A DNA stretch of 64,000 nt from NCBI RefSeq assembly GCF_004010195.1, contig NC_057719.1, forward strand, positions 76,614,849 through 76,678,848, read 5' to 3'. The position numbers were made by a program, and so were the translations under genes. Below are positions 37,612 through 49,700 of the stretch, one piece after another (the first letter of the stretch is position 1; each line of letters starts with the position of its first letter). The DNA is from Chiloscyllium plagiosum (taxonomy: Eukaryota). Under the pieces are notes generated by a model. That model was not told where the DNA came from. It worked only from the letters and a program-made list of their open reading frames with translations, and did no database searches.

Positions 37612-38957
37612 AGCATCACACTCTCGACTCTGATCTCCAGCATCTGCGGTCCTCACTTTCTCCCATTGTCATCCACTATCGGATATAAAAAGTGATGCAG
37701 AAATGATAAGAGGCGAGATTCTTACGTTTGTCTCTGTGTATTTGACATGGCACAAAGGCAACTGGTGCAAAACGTGTAATGATCATGATTGCTTTCGACC
37801 ATAATTTTAAATGTCCATTGTCACAAAAAGAATGACCTTCCAATCAAATCCAATTTGATGCCGGATAGATGGCCTAACTGAATCACCGGATGAATGATTC
37901 AATTGCTCCGAGCAGGAGCTCGCGTGAAGCAAATTATACTCCACTTGTGAAGAGAAAAACAGTAACTTAGTCCACCTCCACATGGCAGTCATTTTGTCTC
38001 CTTATTGCTCAGTTGAGTTTGGATCAATGATAACAAGGATTCATCTTTACGTCCTTGTGAGTGAGTTGCAGGCTCCACCTGAGACATTCAATGACCTCCC
38101 TATATTCTTCATGTTCCCTTTCGGTCTTGCTATTCCTGAACGTTTCTGGTCTCTGTCATAGCATGAAAATTGGAGCTTGTAGCAGAATGCATAATGGGGA
38201 CATTGTTGAATTGGAAACGTGGTACTAATAACTGGAAGAGATCAAAGGAAATACAGTAGTTCACGTGTGCATTGTTTTATCAAAGTACATTTAATAGTTA
38301 GCTCCAAGATTCAGTAAGTATATATAGAATATGTGTAGATTACTGAGGCACAGTTGTCCAGTGACTTGCATTGACATGTCAACAATGGAGCCACCACAAT
38401 TGGGATTCCAAGCATGGAATTGGAAGGAAAGTATAAGAAAAATAATGTTGGCTAGGTTTCTTGTTCTTGACGAATATCCAGTGATTTCCCCAGTCATATA
38501 AACTGGTGCAATTGTCACCTTGAAGAAGTACTGAAGGTATTCATGAAGATATTCAGCCCTCACTCCACTTGGAATCAGAAGTAAAAAAACTGAGAAAAAT
38601 ATGTCAAATGACAATTTCAAGAACATCTCACTCACCCACTGCTACTGACTGATGACCCATTAGGAACAGAATTATCCAATGGGATATTTCCAAGCTTGCT
38701 ACAGTGTAAAGTTACTGACACTGGTACATTTAATTAGGGTCAGCATATCAAACTGGGTTCACCAAGAGGTAGTCTGCTAACTATTCATGATTGTGAATTT
38801 TATCATATAATCATATTTCCGCCTTGGGAAATTGGCTGTTATTCTTGTTTCTAGTCTGACCTTGAATGAGGACAGAGATCCTGTTGTAACTTCTGTTAGT
38901 TCATTGTACAGAATGATCATATTGAATTCAGTGAAAGTGTTATGCTGGAGTAATATT

Positions 38958-39220
38958 AGAGAATCATAGAATCATAAAATTGCACAGTGTGGAAGCAAGC
39001 CGTTTGGCCCACGCTGACCTTCCAAAGAGCAACACATCCAAACCTACCCGCCACCCTATCCCTGTAACCTGCATTTCCTGTAGCTGATCCACTCAGCCTG
39101 CACATTCCTGGATACTACGAGCAATTTAGCATGGCCAATCCACCTAACCTGCACATCTTTGGACTGTGAGAGGAAACCCACGCAAATACGGAGAGAATGT
39201 GCAAATTACACACAGGCAGT
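38958..39220 (-). mobile_element. HE1-type SINE lacking the tRNA head
   Basis: V-domain and tail homology. Confidence 0.8.
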
Positions 39221-40314
39221 AAGCAGATTGGGAGAAAAATAGATTAAAGAGACGCTGCAGCAGGAGTGGCGAGAATGAGTGAGTAGGAATCAGGGCATAA
39301 ATAGTCTCAGCAACGTTCTTGTTTTATTTTTAAATATGCAGCATTCTGAATGAAAGATGCAGCATCATTTGACCTTAGCTAAAGCGACAGCTGTTCTTAT
39401 ATCAACTGCATGTTTAACTGTGTTTGAACAATAGGTTTAAGGATAGCCAATGACAAATGCCAAGAACTCAGTTTCAAAATAAATCCAAGCATTTTCTCAT
39501 GTTCGGTTCTACACTCCTGCCTGGAAAAGTTTGACATTGATCCTATGTTCGATTGCACTCCAAATGTATCTGTGCGTCATTTGAAATCAAAACGCTGCCA
39601 TTTGGAACCAGTCTTGAGCATCATGATCAGGAGGCAGATCTGAAATTGATCACAATTTGTTAAACTCGTGGAAACTGACATTAGGCATCAAAGACGCCTT
39701 CTCACGCGTCATATTGTAAACAGAAATGAACAGATGTTACTACATACTTTCAAATTTTTTCTTTCCTTCCAATCCTACCACACCAACTAGCAATGCCACT
39801 CTTCCTTCTGATGATTCTCTGAAACCTGTGCCAACTCCACCAGGGTGACCCACACCAGGGAGAGGAAGAAGGGATGCTTTGCCAGAGGAATGGGAGTGGG
39901 GGACGTGATAAAGAAATAATCAGCAACGTAAATGCAGCAACATTGGCAGACATCAGAATGGAGTGGAACTAAAAGTAAAAAATAGGTGAGAAATGAAAAT
40001 CAGTAACTCACTAACTTGCCAAGTGTCCTTCAACAGCACTGTTCAGACCCGCAACCTTCTAGAAGGACAACAGTAGCAGATGCAGATCCCATCCCCTGCA
40101 AGCTCACCTATAATCCATTGAAGCATCCTCAATGAGAAGCACTTCCTTCACTATTGTGGGTCACAAATCTGAAACTTACTTACTACCAGCCAATACCTAC
40201 TGGGTCACTGTTTCCACGTTCCTGACCTCTGAGGTCGTGGAGCTGGGAGGGACGTGACTGGGACAAGAAGAAAACTCAGATCCAGCCCTGCCACCATCTG
40301 TGCCTCACCAGCAG

Positions 40315-40655
40315 GGTGGCAATGACTTAGTGCTATTATCGCTGGACTGTTAATTCAGAGCCCCAAGTAATCTGGGGACCTGGTTTCAAATCCCACCACG
40401 GCAGATGGTGGAAATGTGAATTCAATAAAAATCTGGAATTAAGAGTCGACTGAGATCACGAATCCATTGTCGATTGTTGAGAAGAAAAATCCATCTGGTT
40501 CACTAATGTCCTTCCGGAAAGCAAACTGCTATCTTTGTCTGGTCTGGCCTACATGTGACTCCAAGTCCACAGCAGTGTGCTTGACTCTATTGTCCTGTGG
40601 GCAATAAGTGCTGACCCAACCAGTGACACTCTTATCCTGTGAATGAATTTAAAAA
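40315..40655 (+). mobile_element. Second tRNA-like SINE sharing the family B LINE tail
   Basis: B-box-like GGTTTCAAATCC, GAATTCAATAAAAATCTGGAATTAAG core, tail GGGCAATAAGTGCTG…GAATGAATTTAAAA; reverse copy at 41730-41990. Confidence 0.75.
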
Positions 40656-41029
40656 TCCACAACAATGTGGAGCCCAGTAGGCTGCTGGCAGGAATTACCA
40701 TAGACCAAGGCATATTTGACCCAACATGGAAGCTTGCTACTGCCCAAGCAAATTGGACCCCACCCTACCCCTCCCCCACCCCCCACAAGTAAGGTTGACA
40801 CCCTGAAGTGCCAAGATGAGAAAAAGGTGCTGACATGTTTTAAATCAACCACTTTTAACAAAAAAATGATACTGCCCAATGCTTTGCTCAGAACCACAAT
40901 CTTGCAATCACTTCACCATTCCAATTCGCCACAGGAGGAGGGGGAGACGAAAGAAGGTGAGAGGTGCGGAGGTGGGGGAAGGAGGAAGAAGGAGATAGGA
41001 AATGAAGGAGGAGTTAAGAAAACAGGGGG

Positions 41030-41314
41030 TTCAGAGTTGGAATCACTGCAGTGTGGAAGCAGGCCATTCAGTCCATACTGACCCTCTGAATAGCATCCCA
41101 CACACAGATCTCTCCCCTCCCCACCCAATCGCCATAAGTATGCATTTCCCCTTCCAATCTACCTAACTCCCTGCAACCATCTTTGGACTGTGGGAGAAAA
41201 CCCACAAAGAATTGGGGAGCACGTGCAAACTTCAACACAAGTAGTCACCCGAGGCTGGAACTGAACCCGGGTATTGTGAGGCTGCAATGCTAACCACTGA
41301 GCCACCGTGTTGCC
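41030..41314 (-). mobile_element. HE1-type SINE
   Basis: Homology to other copies. Confidence 0.85.
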
Positions 41315-41729
41315 CTTATGGAGATGGGGAAACTGAATGAGGGGGAGTGAAGAGAAGTGTTGAAGGTGGAGGGAGGGATGGGGAAGAAAGATGGAAGACA
41401 GAGAGAGTGTGAGAGGTTGCAGAGGAAGTAGTTTGACCCACAGTTTGGAGTGTGAGGTGGGAGTGGACACTTAATGGGGATGGTGGGGGAGGTCAAGAGA
41501 GAAGGGAGATAAGATGGAAGGGTAAGAGGAGCTGGAGAGTGTGGGTGGGAGTGGGGTCCAGGCAAGAGAGAAAGGAAAGACAGAGAGGCAAGTGAAGGAG
41601 GGAAGGGAGAAGAAAATGGCTTCTATATGACTCCAGTACGGTGTTTTACCTGATGAAACAACGTTTATGTTATTCCTCAGAATGGGCAAACAAGTAGCTT
41701 TGAAAATCTCACAGAACTATTTTTAATTT

Positions 41730-41990
41730 TAGTTATAACTCATGCCAGGAATGTGAGTGTCAATGGTTAGTCAGCATTTATTACTTGTCTCCAATTGCCC
41801 AAAGTCTAGATGAGAGTCTGCCATATTGTTGTGGGTGTGGAGTCACATGCCAACCAGACCAGGTAAGACTGTCAGATTTCCATCCTTAAAGTACATTAGT
41901 AGTAGATTATTTTCCAACAATTGATGATAGTTTCATGGATATCATTAGATTCTTAATTCCAGATTTTTATTGAATTCAAATTCCACCAAG
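41730..41990 (-). mobile_element. Second SINE family, partial
   Basis: CTTAATTCCAGATTTTTATTGAATTC is the reverse complement of the 40419-40444 region. Confidence 0.7.
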
Positions 41991-42706
41991 GGAGTTTTCT
42001 CGATGCCCTGACCAAAATGTATCCATTGACCAACTAAAACACAGATGCTCTAGTCATATATTCCATTGTGCTTAGGAGATATGCTGTTTCTTACACTATC
42101 ACAGCAACTACACAGAGGCTATAAAGAAACTGGGAGAGGTCATGGTTATACCTGAGGATAATGGCTTGGGTAGAATTGAGACAGCCTTATGTTTGCCTTT
42201 GTTATATCTGATCTGGGAATACCAAATGCCTCGCACAAGAAACATGGGAGTACATATGCAAACAGACCCGATCACTAACGTTGCTGAACACATGCAAAAA
42301 CAAAACCAGACTTCCTTCTTTATAAAATAAAACCCTCAAATCAAAGTTGACATGCACAAAAATGTTTTCCTTGCAGAGAAATTAAATCACAATTATCAAG
42401 TGGAGAATTGAGTGCGATTTGTCATGCGTTTGACGCTGTTGTAGATTTTATATCTCCAAGCTATGCAGAAATAACATACCAGCTTATTTATATATAACAA
42501 CATGAATTTACTTACTTTTTTTTAAAAAATGCCTAAACCATGCTTACAACCTTTTTTGCTTCCAATAACTTTGAGCAGCTAGTGTCCAGATTTATTTACT
42601 TTCCTCAGAATCCATGCCCTTAACTAATTAAGCACGGTGAACATCAATTGTGAGGAATAATCAATCCGTAACAATTGAATGATTCAACATGACAGGCATC
42701 ATATTG

Positions 42707-42793
42707 AAGAAGGGCTTAGCCCGAAACGTCAATTCTCCTGCTCCTCGGATGCTGCCTGGCCTGATGCGCTTTTCCAGCACCACACTTTTCAAC
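42707..42793 (+). mobile_element. Truncated Penelope pLTR with 7-bp TSD
   Basis: CATATTG at 42700-42706 and 42794-42800; AGAAGGGCTTAGCCCGAAACGTC hammerhead remnant. Confidence 0.85.
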
Positions 42794-43189
42794 CATATTG
42801 CCACTAGCACATGACAGCTTTTGGGTGATAACCAGTGCATCTATATATCTTTATATCTATATATCTATAGCAATTCTCCATGCAAAGTACAAATAAAAAC
42901 ACACTTAAAGAATACAGCATAGCATGCTGCTCAAAAACACAGAACAGCACACAAGTCAACACCACTGGTGAGTGAGGGGAGTTTATTGTCCACGACAGTG
43001 AAGATCAATTCAGTAATGTCAACCCAATCCTGAGATATGTTATTAACTTAAAAACTCAGGTTTTATTACTTGGTGAATAAAACGTATAACATTTCCATTT
43101 TGTTGCATTATTTTGGTGGGAGAAATGCAGGTGAGGATTTGAATGTGATGGTAGAGGGCCAGTGGATTTTTGTGAAAAAGCTTATGATG

Positions 43190-43612
43190 GAGTTGTATTG
43201 ATACTCCATAGAGTTTAGAAGGATAGGGTGGGGGGGTTATGTGATTGAAACTTGCAGCATACTGAGAGGTCTGGATAGAATGGACGTTGAGAAGATTTTT
43301 CAACTGGTAGGAGAGACTAGGACCTGAGGATACAGCCTCAGAGTGAAGTGACAACTTCTTAGAACTGAGATGAGGAGGAATTTCTTCAGCCAGAGGGTGG
43401 TGAATCTGTGGCACTCATTGCCTCAGAGGGCTGCGGAAGTCAAGTTATTGAGTATTTAAAGGAGAGAAGATAGGCACTTGATTAGCAAGGGAATCAAGGG
43501 ATACAAGGAGAAGGCAGAAGAGTAGATTTGAGAAACATATCAGCTATGATCAAATGGTGGAGCAGACTCGATGGGCTGAATGGCCTTAACCTGCTCCTAT
43601 ATCAATGGTCTG
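43190..43612 (+). mobile_element. CR1 3' end
   Basis: RRNFFSQRVVNLWHSLPQRA motif. Confidence 0.85.
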
Positions 43613-44882
43613 TAGTGTTGAACCAAGGTGATACCTCAGATTGGAGAATATGTTGGCCCATGTCTTAGGGAAGCCTAGGCTCAAACAAATATTTTCACAC
43701 TTAGGATGCCAAAGAGAGCCTGGAGAGGGTCCTGGTGTTCAGCAGCAGGCAGGCAGTGATTGTCGGCTCAGCAGCTCACAGGCCGTGGTGCCAATTGGTG
43801 GTGCAACACATTGAGAAATGAAAGAATGGCAATAATGCTGTCAGACTATGGTCTGGGATTGGTGGTGACAGGAATCGTGTGGAGGGCGGGTCTGGAGCGG
43901 CAGTTGGTGGTTGTTAGGGAGCAAGGCCCCAGGAAGGGCTGCCTTGATGGGGTGTGGGAGAGGCAGCCGCTGGCTGGTTAAGGACAATGAGGAGGATGGC
44001 AGAAAGGCAAATAGGAATCAGACTGGGTAATAAGACCCACCCCAAACATAACTGAGCTATGTGAATGTGTTCCCTGTTGCCACCTTGGTAGAGTTTGCAC
44101 CCATATCGTCAGACCATTAGCCCAGGCTTCTGGATTGCTAATCCAGTGACATTCACCCTCCTGATGTGATGTGCATCTTTGTCTGACCAATATGTAGGTA
44201 AATGATAGTAAGGTGGGGGAATCAACATGGACGGGTTGGACCGAAAGATCTGTTTCTGTGCTGTATGACTCCATGTCTCTATCCCACAAAAGTTCCAGTT
44301 GGCATTGAAGGTGGCAGAGGAACAGTGTCCAGACTCTGGCTTCAAACCCTTTCTCCTGGCCTTTCATGCTTTCAGCACCACGTGGACAGAGGGGTTACTA
44401 AACCAAGGAGCCAATATCTCTCTCCTGTCTTCAACTAGAGATTAAAGATCCCATTGTCCCTCTTCAAGGAACATTTCCCTAATGTAATGACAATAATTCT
44501 GTCTCCAGGCTCGTATCATACCACCCTCTCCCCTTCACTCACCCTCAGTAAGTAAAAGGGAAGAGGGTCGCAGATAAAGAGCCTGGAGTCAGGATTAGCA
44601 CCGAGGTAAATGATTTCTCCCTGAAGTCTCCAAATATTGGGCAGATTTTTACTCAATTACACTTTCCTTCAGAGGTCACAATCAACAATGGGCCTTGCCC
44701 AAAAGCCATTTTCATTGCTGCGACCACAAATGAACTACTGAGATAAGTATGAATGCTTTGGATTTTTTTTTATCGTTACTCCACATCAGCATTCCCTTTC
44801 ATTCCCTTGCTGGCCTTCTGGAGAATTAAAAGAAACAGTATAATATCCCCACTCCAGCAAAATCCAATCATCAAATCGAGCC

Positions 44883-45637
44883 ATTAGATTAGATTCCCTA
44901 CAGTGTGGAAACAGGCCCTTCGGCCCAACAAGTCCACACTGACCCTCCGAAGAGTAACCCACTCAGACCCATTTTCCTTTGACTAACGTACCTAACACTA
45001 TGGGTAATTTTGCATGGTCAATGCACTTGACTTGCACATCTCTAGACAGTGGGAGGAAACCGGAGCCCGCGGAGGAAACCCAGGCAGACATGGGGAGAAT
45101 GTACAAACTCCTGTAATGGAAAATTAAGAAATTTTACATTTATAAGAAATTTTACGTTTACTGTGAAATTTGAAAGAGAATAACTTTCTAAAATTTAATG
45201 CTGTGCAGAGCTTTGTAAACAATACTTTGATGAGGTTTGCAGCCAGCTTGTCTCCGTTTGAATTTTGTGAACATTCAACTCAACCTGCGACAGTCGAACT
45301 CAGTGAAAGCTGAAGCACTGTTATGTCCAATACCAGGGGATGAGAGAATAACAACTTGAGTTTTCCCAGTCCTTGCCCTTGAGAGTGTGATAAGAAAAAG
45401 TATAAGGCGAGTATCTGAACATTGCTCAGGTACCCCTTACATTGAGGCATCTAGCTGAATGCACTGGGTCAAGTCTGCAGAATTTAAATAAAGCTCCTTT
45501 CTTTGCTCTTGCTAACAGTTGAGTGAAGTCAATTTAATTTCCACGACACTCCACGCAGATAGTCGCCCAAGGTTGGAATCAAACTCAGGTCTCTGACGCT
45601 GTGAGGCAGCAGTGCTAACCACTGAGCCACCGTGCCG
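44883..45637 (-). mobile_element. HE1-type SINE split by a solo LTR
   Basis: 44883-45111 and 45549-45637 join into one SINE. Confidence 0.9.
45112..45548 (+). mobile_element. Solo LTR, 437 bp, 4-bp TSD
   Basis: TGTAATGGAAAATTAA…TTAATTTCCACGACA; CTCC at 45108-45111 and 45549-45552; TATAA and AATAAA inside. Confidence 0.88.
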
Positions 45638-45852
45638 AAGACACACTGTGGAAGAGACACATTGCATGGAATGTCTGCTGAAAATAAAGGTGATGGAAAA
45701 GAAAGGTTCAAGGTTTTGTCTGGGTCCTGCCGGAATGTTTGGTTCAGTTGGATTGATGGGCTGGGGTGGGCAGCATTAATCCTAAGCATTCTACCAAAAA
45801 TATATCTCCACCAATGCAGGTTAATATTCACTGAAGTCTTACTTTCTGCAAT

Positions 45853-45938
45853 TAAAAATCACACAACACCAGGTTATAGTCCAACAGATTTATTTGGAAG
45901 CACTAGCTTTCAGAGCGCGGCTCATTCATCAGGTGGTT
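45853..45938 (-). mobile_element. Penelope pseudo-LTR of a further family with hammerhead motif
   Basis: Minus CTGATGA-AT-GAGC-CGC-GCTC-T-GAAAGCTA followed by GTGCTTCCAAATAAATCTGTTGGACTATAACCTGG. Confidence 0.75.
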
Positions 45939-46399
45939 CTGTAGCACAACTCAACTTGAATTGTAGCAGCTGCTACCATTCTAAGTTTCTCATCAATCCA
46001 CTATTTAATATTAAAATCTAATAGACGGTTAAATCTGATAACCCTAGTCATGAGGTTTATCCAGAGACTACTCTCATTGTTTATGACACCAATGTGATTT
46101 CTTCAGCTGGAGTTCTGCCAGTTTTAGTGATTATTTCACAAGCTTTCAATGCAACATTTTTCCTTATGTGTCATTTCTCAGCTTTTAAAGTCCCTCATTG
46201 GCATATATTAATGCTCAAAATGTATACTTCAAGAAAGCCTCTGGACATGAAAAGCAAAATGCTAAACCAATCCTTTCCAAAATGATACATTTGATTGACT
46301 TTGGATCCCTTGATGGCAATGTAAAAACTGAATTGATTCTATGTAAGGGTAAACAAGGAATTATGAAGTGGTGATATGAAAAGTGAAGGTCATCTCTTG

Positions 46400-46722
46400 C
46401 AGAGAATCCCTATGGCAGAAATAGGCCACTCAGCTCATTGAGTCTGCACTGACCCTTCAAAGAGCATCCCATCTTGACAACCCCACGTTAGGTTTTTTTA
46501 AAAATCATGGCTAACCCACCAAATCTGCACATCCCTGGACATTATACAGCAATTTTTTTAAGATGGCTAATCCAGCTAACCAGCATATCTTTGGACTGAG
46601 AGAAGAAACTGGAGCAAACCCATGCAGACGCGGGGAGAAGGTAAAAATTTCTCACAGAAACGAACCCAAGTCCCTGGTGCTCTGAGGCAGCAGTGTTAAC
46701 TACTGAGCCACCCATGCATGCC
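46400..46722 (-). mobile_element. HE1-type SINE (diverged)
   Basis: Homology to other copies. Confidence 0.8.
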
Positions 46723-46784
46723 CCACACTGGTTCTTGGGGCTTAAGTGTGTAGACTATATTGTCATAGAACATAAAACAAAGAA

Positions 46785-49700
46785 CATTGCAGCGCAGTAC
46801 AGGCCCTTTGGCCCTTGATGTTGCGCTGACCTGTGGAACCAATCTGAAGCCTATCTAACCTACACAATTCCATTTTCATCCATATGTTTATCCAATGACC
46901 ATTTAAATACCCTTAAAGTTGACAAGACTACGCCAGTTGTAGGTAGGGTGTTCCACACGCCTACTACTCTCTGAATAAAGGAACTACCCCTGACATCTGT
47001 CCTATATCTATCACCCTTAGATAGCTTCACTCGTGCTAGTCATCAACATCCGAGGAAAAAGGCTCTCCCTGTCCACCCTATCTAACCCTCTGATTATCTT
47101 ATATGTCTCAATTAAGTCATCTCTCAACATTCTTCACTCTAATGAAAACAGCCTCAAGTCCCTCAGCCTTTCCTCATAAGACCATCCCTCTTTACCAGGC
47201 AACATCCAAGCAAATCACCTCTAAACCCTTTCTAACGCTTCCACGTCCTTCCTATAATGCTGTGACCAGAACTGTACACAATACTCCAAGTGCGACCACA
47301 CCAGAGCTTTGTACAGCTGAAAGCCAGGGAACTATAGACCAGTGAGTCTGATATCGGTGGTGGGTAAGTTGTTTGAGGGAATCCTGAGGGACAGGATGTA
47401 CATGTATTTGGAAATGCAAGAACTGATTAGGGATAGTCAACATGGCTTTGTGTGTGGGAAATCATGCCTCACAAATTTGATTGAGTTTTTTGAAGAAGTA
47501 ACAAAGAGGATTGATGAGGGCAGAGTGGTAGATGTGATCTATATGGACTTCAGTAAGGAATTCGACAGGTTCCCCATGGGAAACTGGTTAGCAGGGTTAG
47601 ATCTCATGGAACACAGGGAGAACAACCATTTGGATACAGAACTGGCCCAAAGTTAAAAGACAGAAGGTGGTGGTGGAGGATTGTTTTTCAGACTGGAGGC
47701 CTATGACCAGTGGAGTGCCACAAGATCGGTGCTAGGTCCACTACTTTTCGTCATTCATATAAATGATTTGGATGTGAGCATAAGAAATATAGTTAGTAAG
47801 TTTGCAGATAACACCAAAATTGGAGGTGTAGTGGATAGCAAAGAAGATTACCTCAGATTTCAACAGATTCTTGTTCAGATGGGCCAATGAGCTCAGAAGT
47901 GGCAGATGGAGTTTAATTTAGATAAATGTGAGGTGCTACATTTTGGGAAAGCAAACCTTAGCAGGACTTATACATTTAATGGTAAGGTCCTAGGGAGTGT
48001 TGCTGAACAAAGAGACCTTGGAGTACAGGTTCATAGCTCCATGAAAGTGGAGTTGCAGGTAGACAGGATAGTGATGAAGGTATTTGGTATGCTTTCCTTT
48101 CTTGGTCAGAGTATTGAGTACAAGAGTTGGGAGGTCATGTTGTGGCTGTACCGGACATTGGTTAGGCCACTGTTGAAATATTGCGTGCAATTCTGGTCTC
48201 CTCCCTATTGGAAAGATGTTGTGAAACCTGAAAGAGTTCAGAAAAGATTTACAAGGATTGTTACTAGCGTTAGAGGATTTGAGCTATCGGGAGAGATTGA
48301 ATACTCTAGGGCTAATTTCCCTGGAGCGTTGGAGGCTAAAGGATAACCTTATAGAAGTTTATGAAATCATGAGGGGCATGGATAGGATAAATAGACAAAA
48401 TCTTTTCCCTGGGGTGGGTGAGTCCAGAATTAGAGGGCATAGGTTTAGGGTGATAGGGGAAAGATATAAAAGAGATCTAAGGGGCAGCGTTTTCACGCAG
48501 AGGGTGATATGTGTATGGAATGAGCTGCCAGAGGAAGTGGTGGAGGCTGGTACAATTGCCACATTTAAGAGGCATTTGGATGGGTATATGAATAGGAAGG
48601 GTTTCGAGAGATATGGGCCGGGTGCTGGTAGGTGGGACTAGATTGAGTTGGGATATCTGGTCGACATGGACGGGTTGGACCGAAGGGTCTGTTTCCATAC
48701 TGTATGTCTCTACGACTTGATGGCTCTATAAGATGACCTCGTGGCTCTGAAATGCAATCCCTCTACCAATAAAAGCAAACACACTGTATGCCTTCTTAAC
48801 AACCCTGTCAACTTCAGTGGCAACTTTCAAGCATCTATGTACATGGCCACCGAAATCTCTCTGCTCATCCACACTGCCAAGAATCGTGCCATTAGCCCAG
48901 TACTCTGTATTCCTGTTGCTCCTTCCAAAGTGAATCACCTCACACATTTCTACATTAAACTCCATTTGCCACCTCTCAGCCCAGCTCTGCAGCTTATCTA
49001 TGTCCCTCTGCAACCTGTAACATCCTTTGGCACTGTCCACAACACCACTGACCCTAATTCCATCTGCAAATTTATGAACCTATCCTTCTACACTCTCATC
49101 CAGGTTATTTATAAAAATGACAAACAGCAGTGGCCCCAAAACAGATCCTTGCGGTACACCACTAGTAACTGAACACCAGGATGAATATTTCCCATCAACC
49201 ACCACCCTCTGTCTTCTTTCAGCTAGCCAATGTCTGATCCAAATCACTAAATCACCTTCAATCCCATGCCTCTATTTTGTGCAATAGCCTAGTGTGGGGA
49301 ACTTATCAAATGCTTTATTGAAATCCATATACACCAAATCAAACACTTCACCCTCATCCACCCATTTGGTCACCTTCTCAAGAACTCAATAAGGTTTGTG
49401 AGTCATGACCTACCCTTCACAAAACCATGTTGACTATTCCTAATCAACTTATTCCTTTCTAGATGATTATAAATCCTATCTCTTATAATCCTTTCAACAC
49501 TTTACCTAAAACCGAAGTAAGGCTCACTGGTGTATAATTACCAGTGTTGTCTCTAGTCCCCTTTTTGAACAAGGGAACAATTGTTATCATCCAGTCTTCT
49601 GGCACTGTTCTTGTAGACAATGATGACATAAAGATCGAAGCCAAAGCCTCTGCAATCTCCTCCCTAGCTTCCCAGAGAATCCTAGGATATATCTCATCTG

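Noticed and set aside
38291..38635. 114-aa hydrophobic ORF with a signal-peptide-like start
   Set aside because: No recognisable domain; hydrophobicity is explained by AT-rich composition.
40925..41620. Purine-rich ORFs on both strands
   Set aside because: Low-complexity GA-rich DNA surrounding an HE1 SINE.
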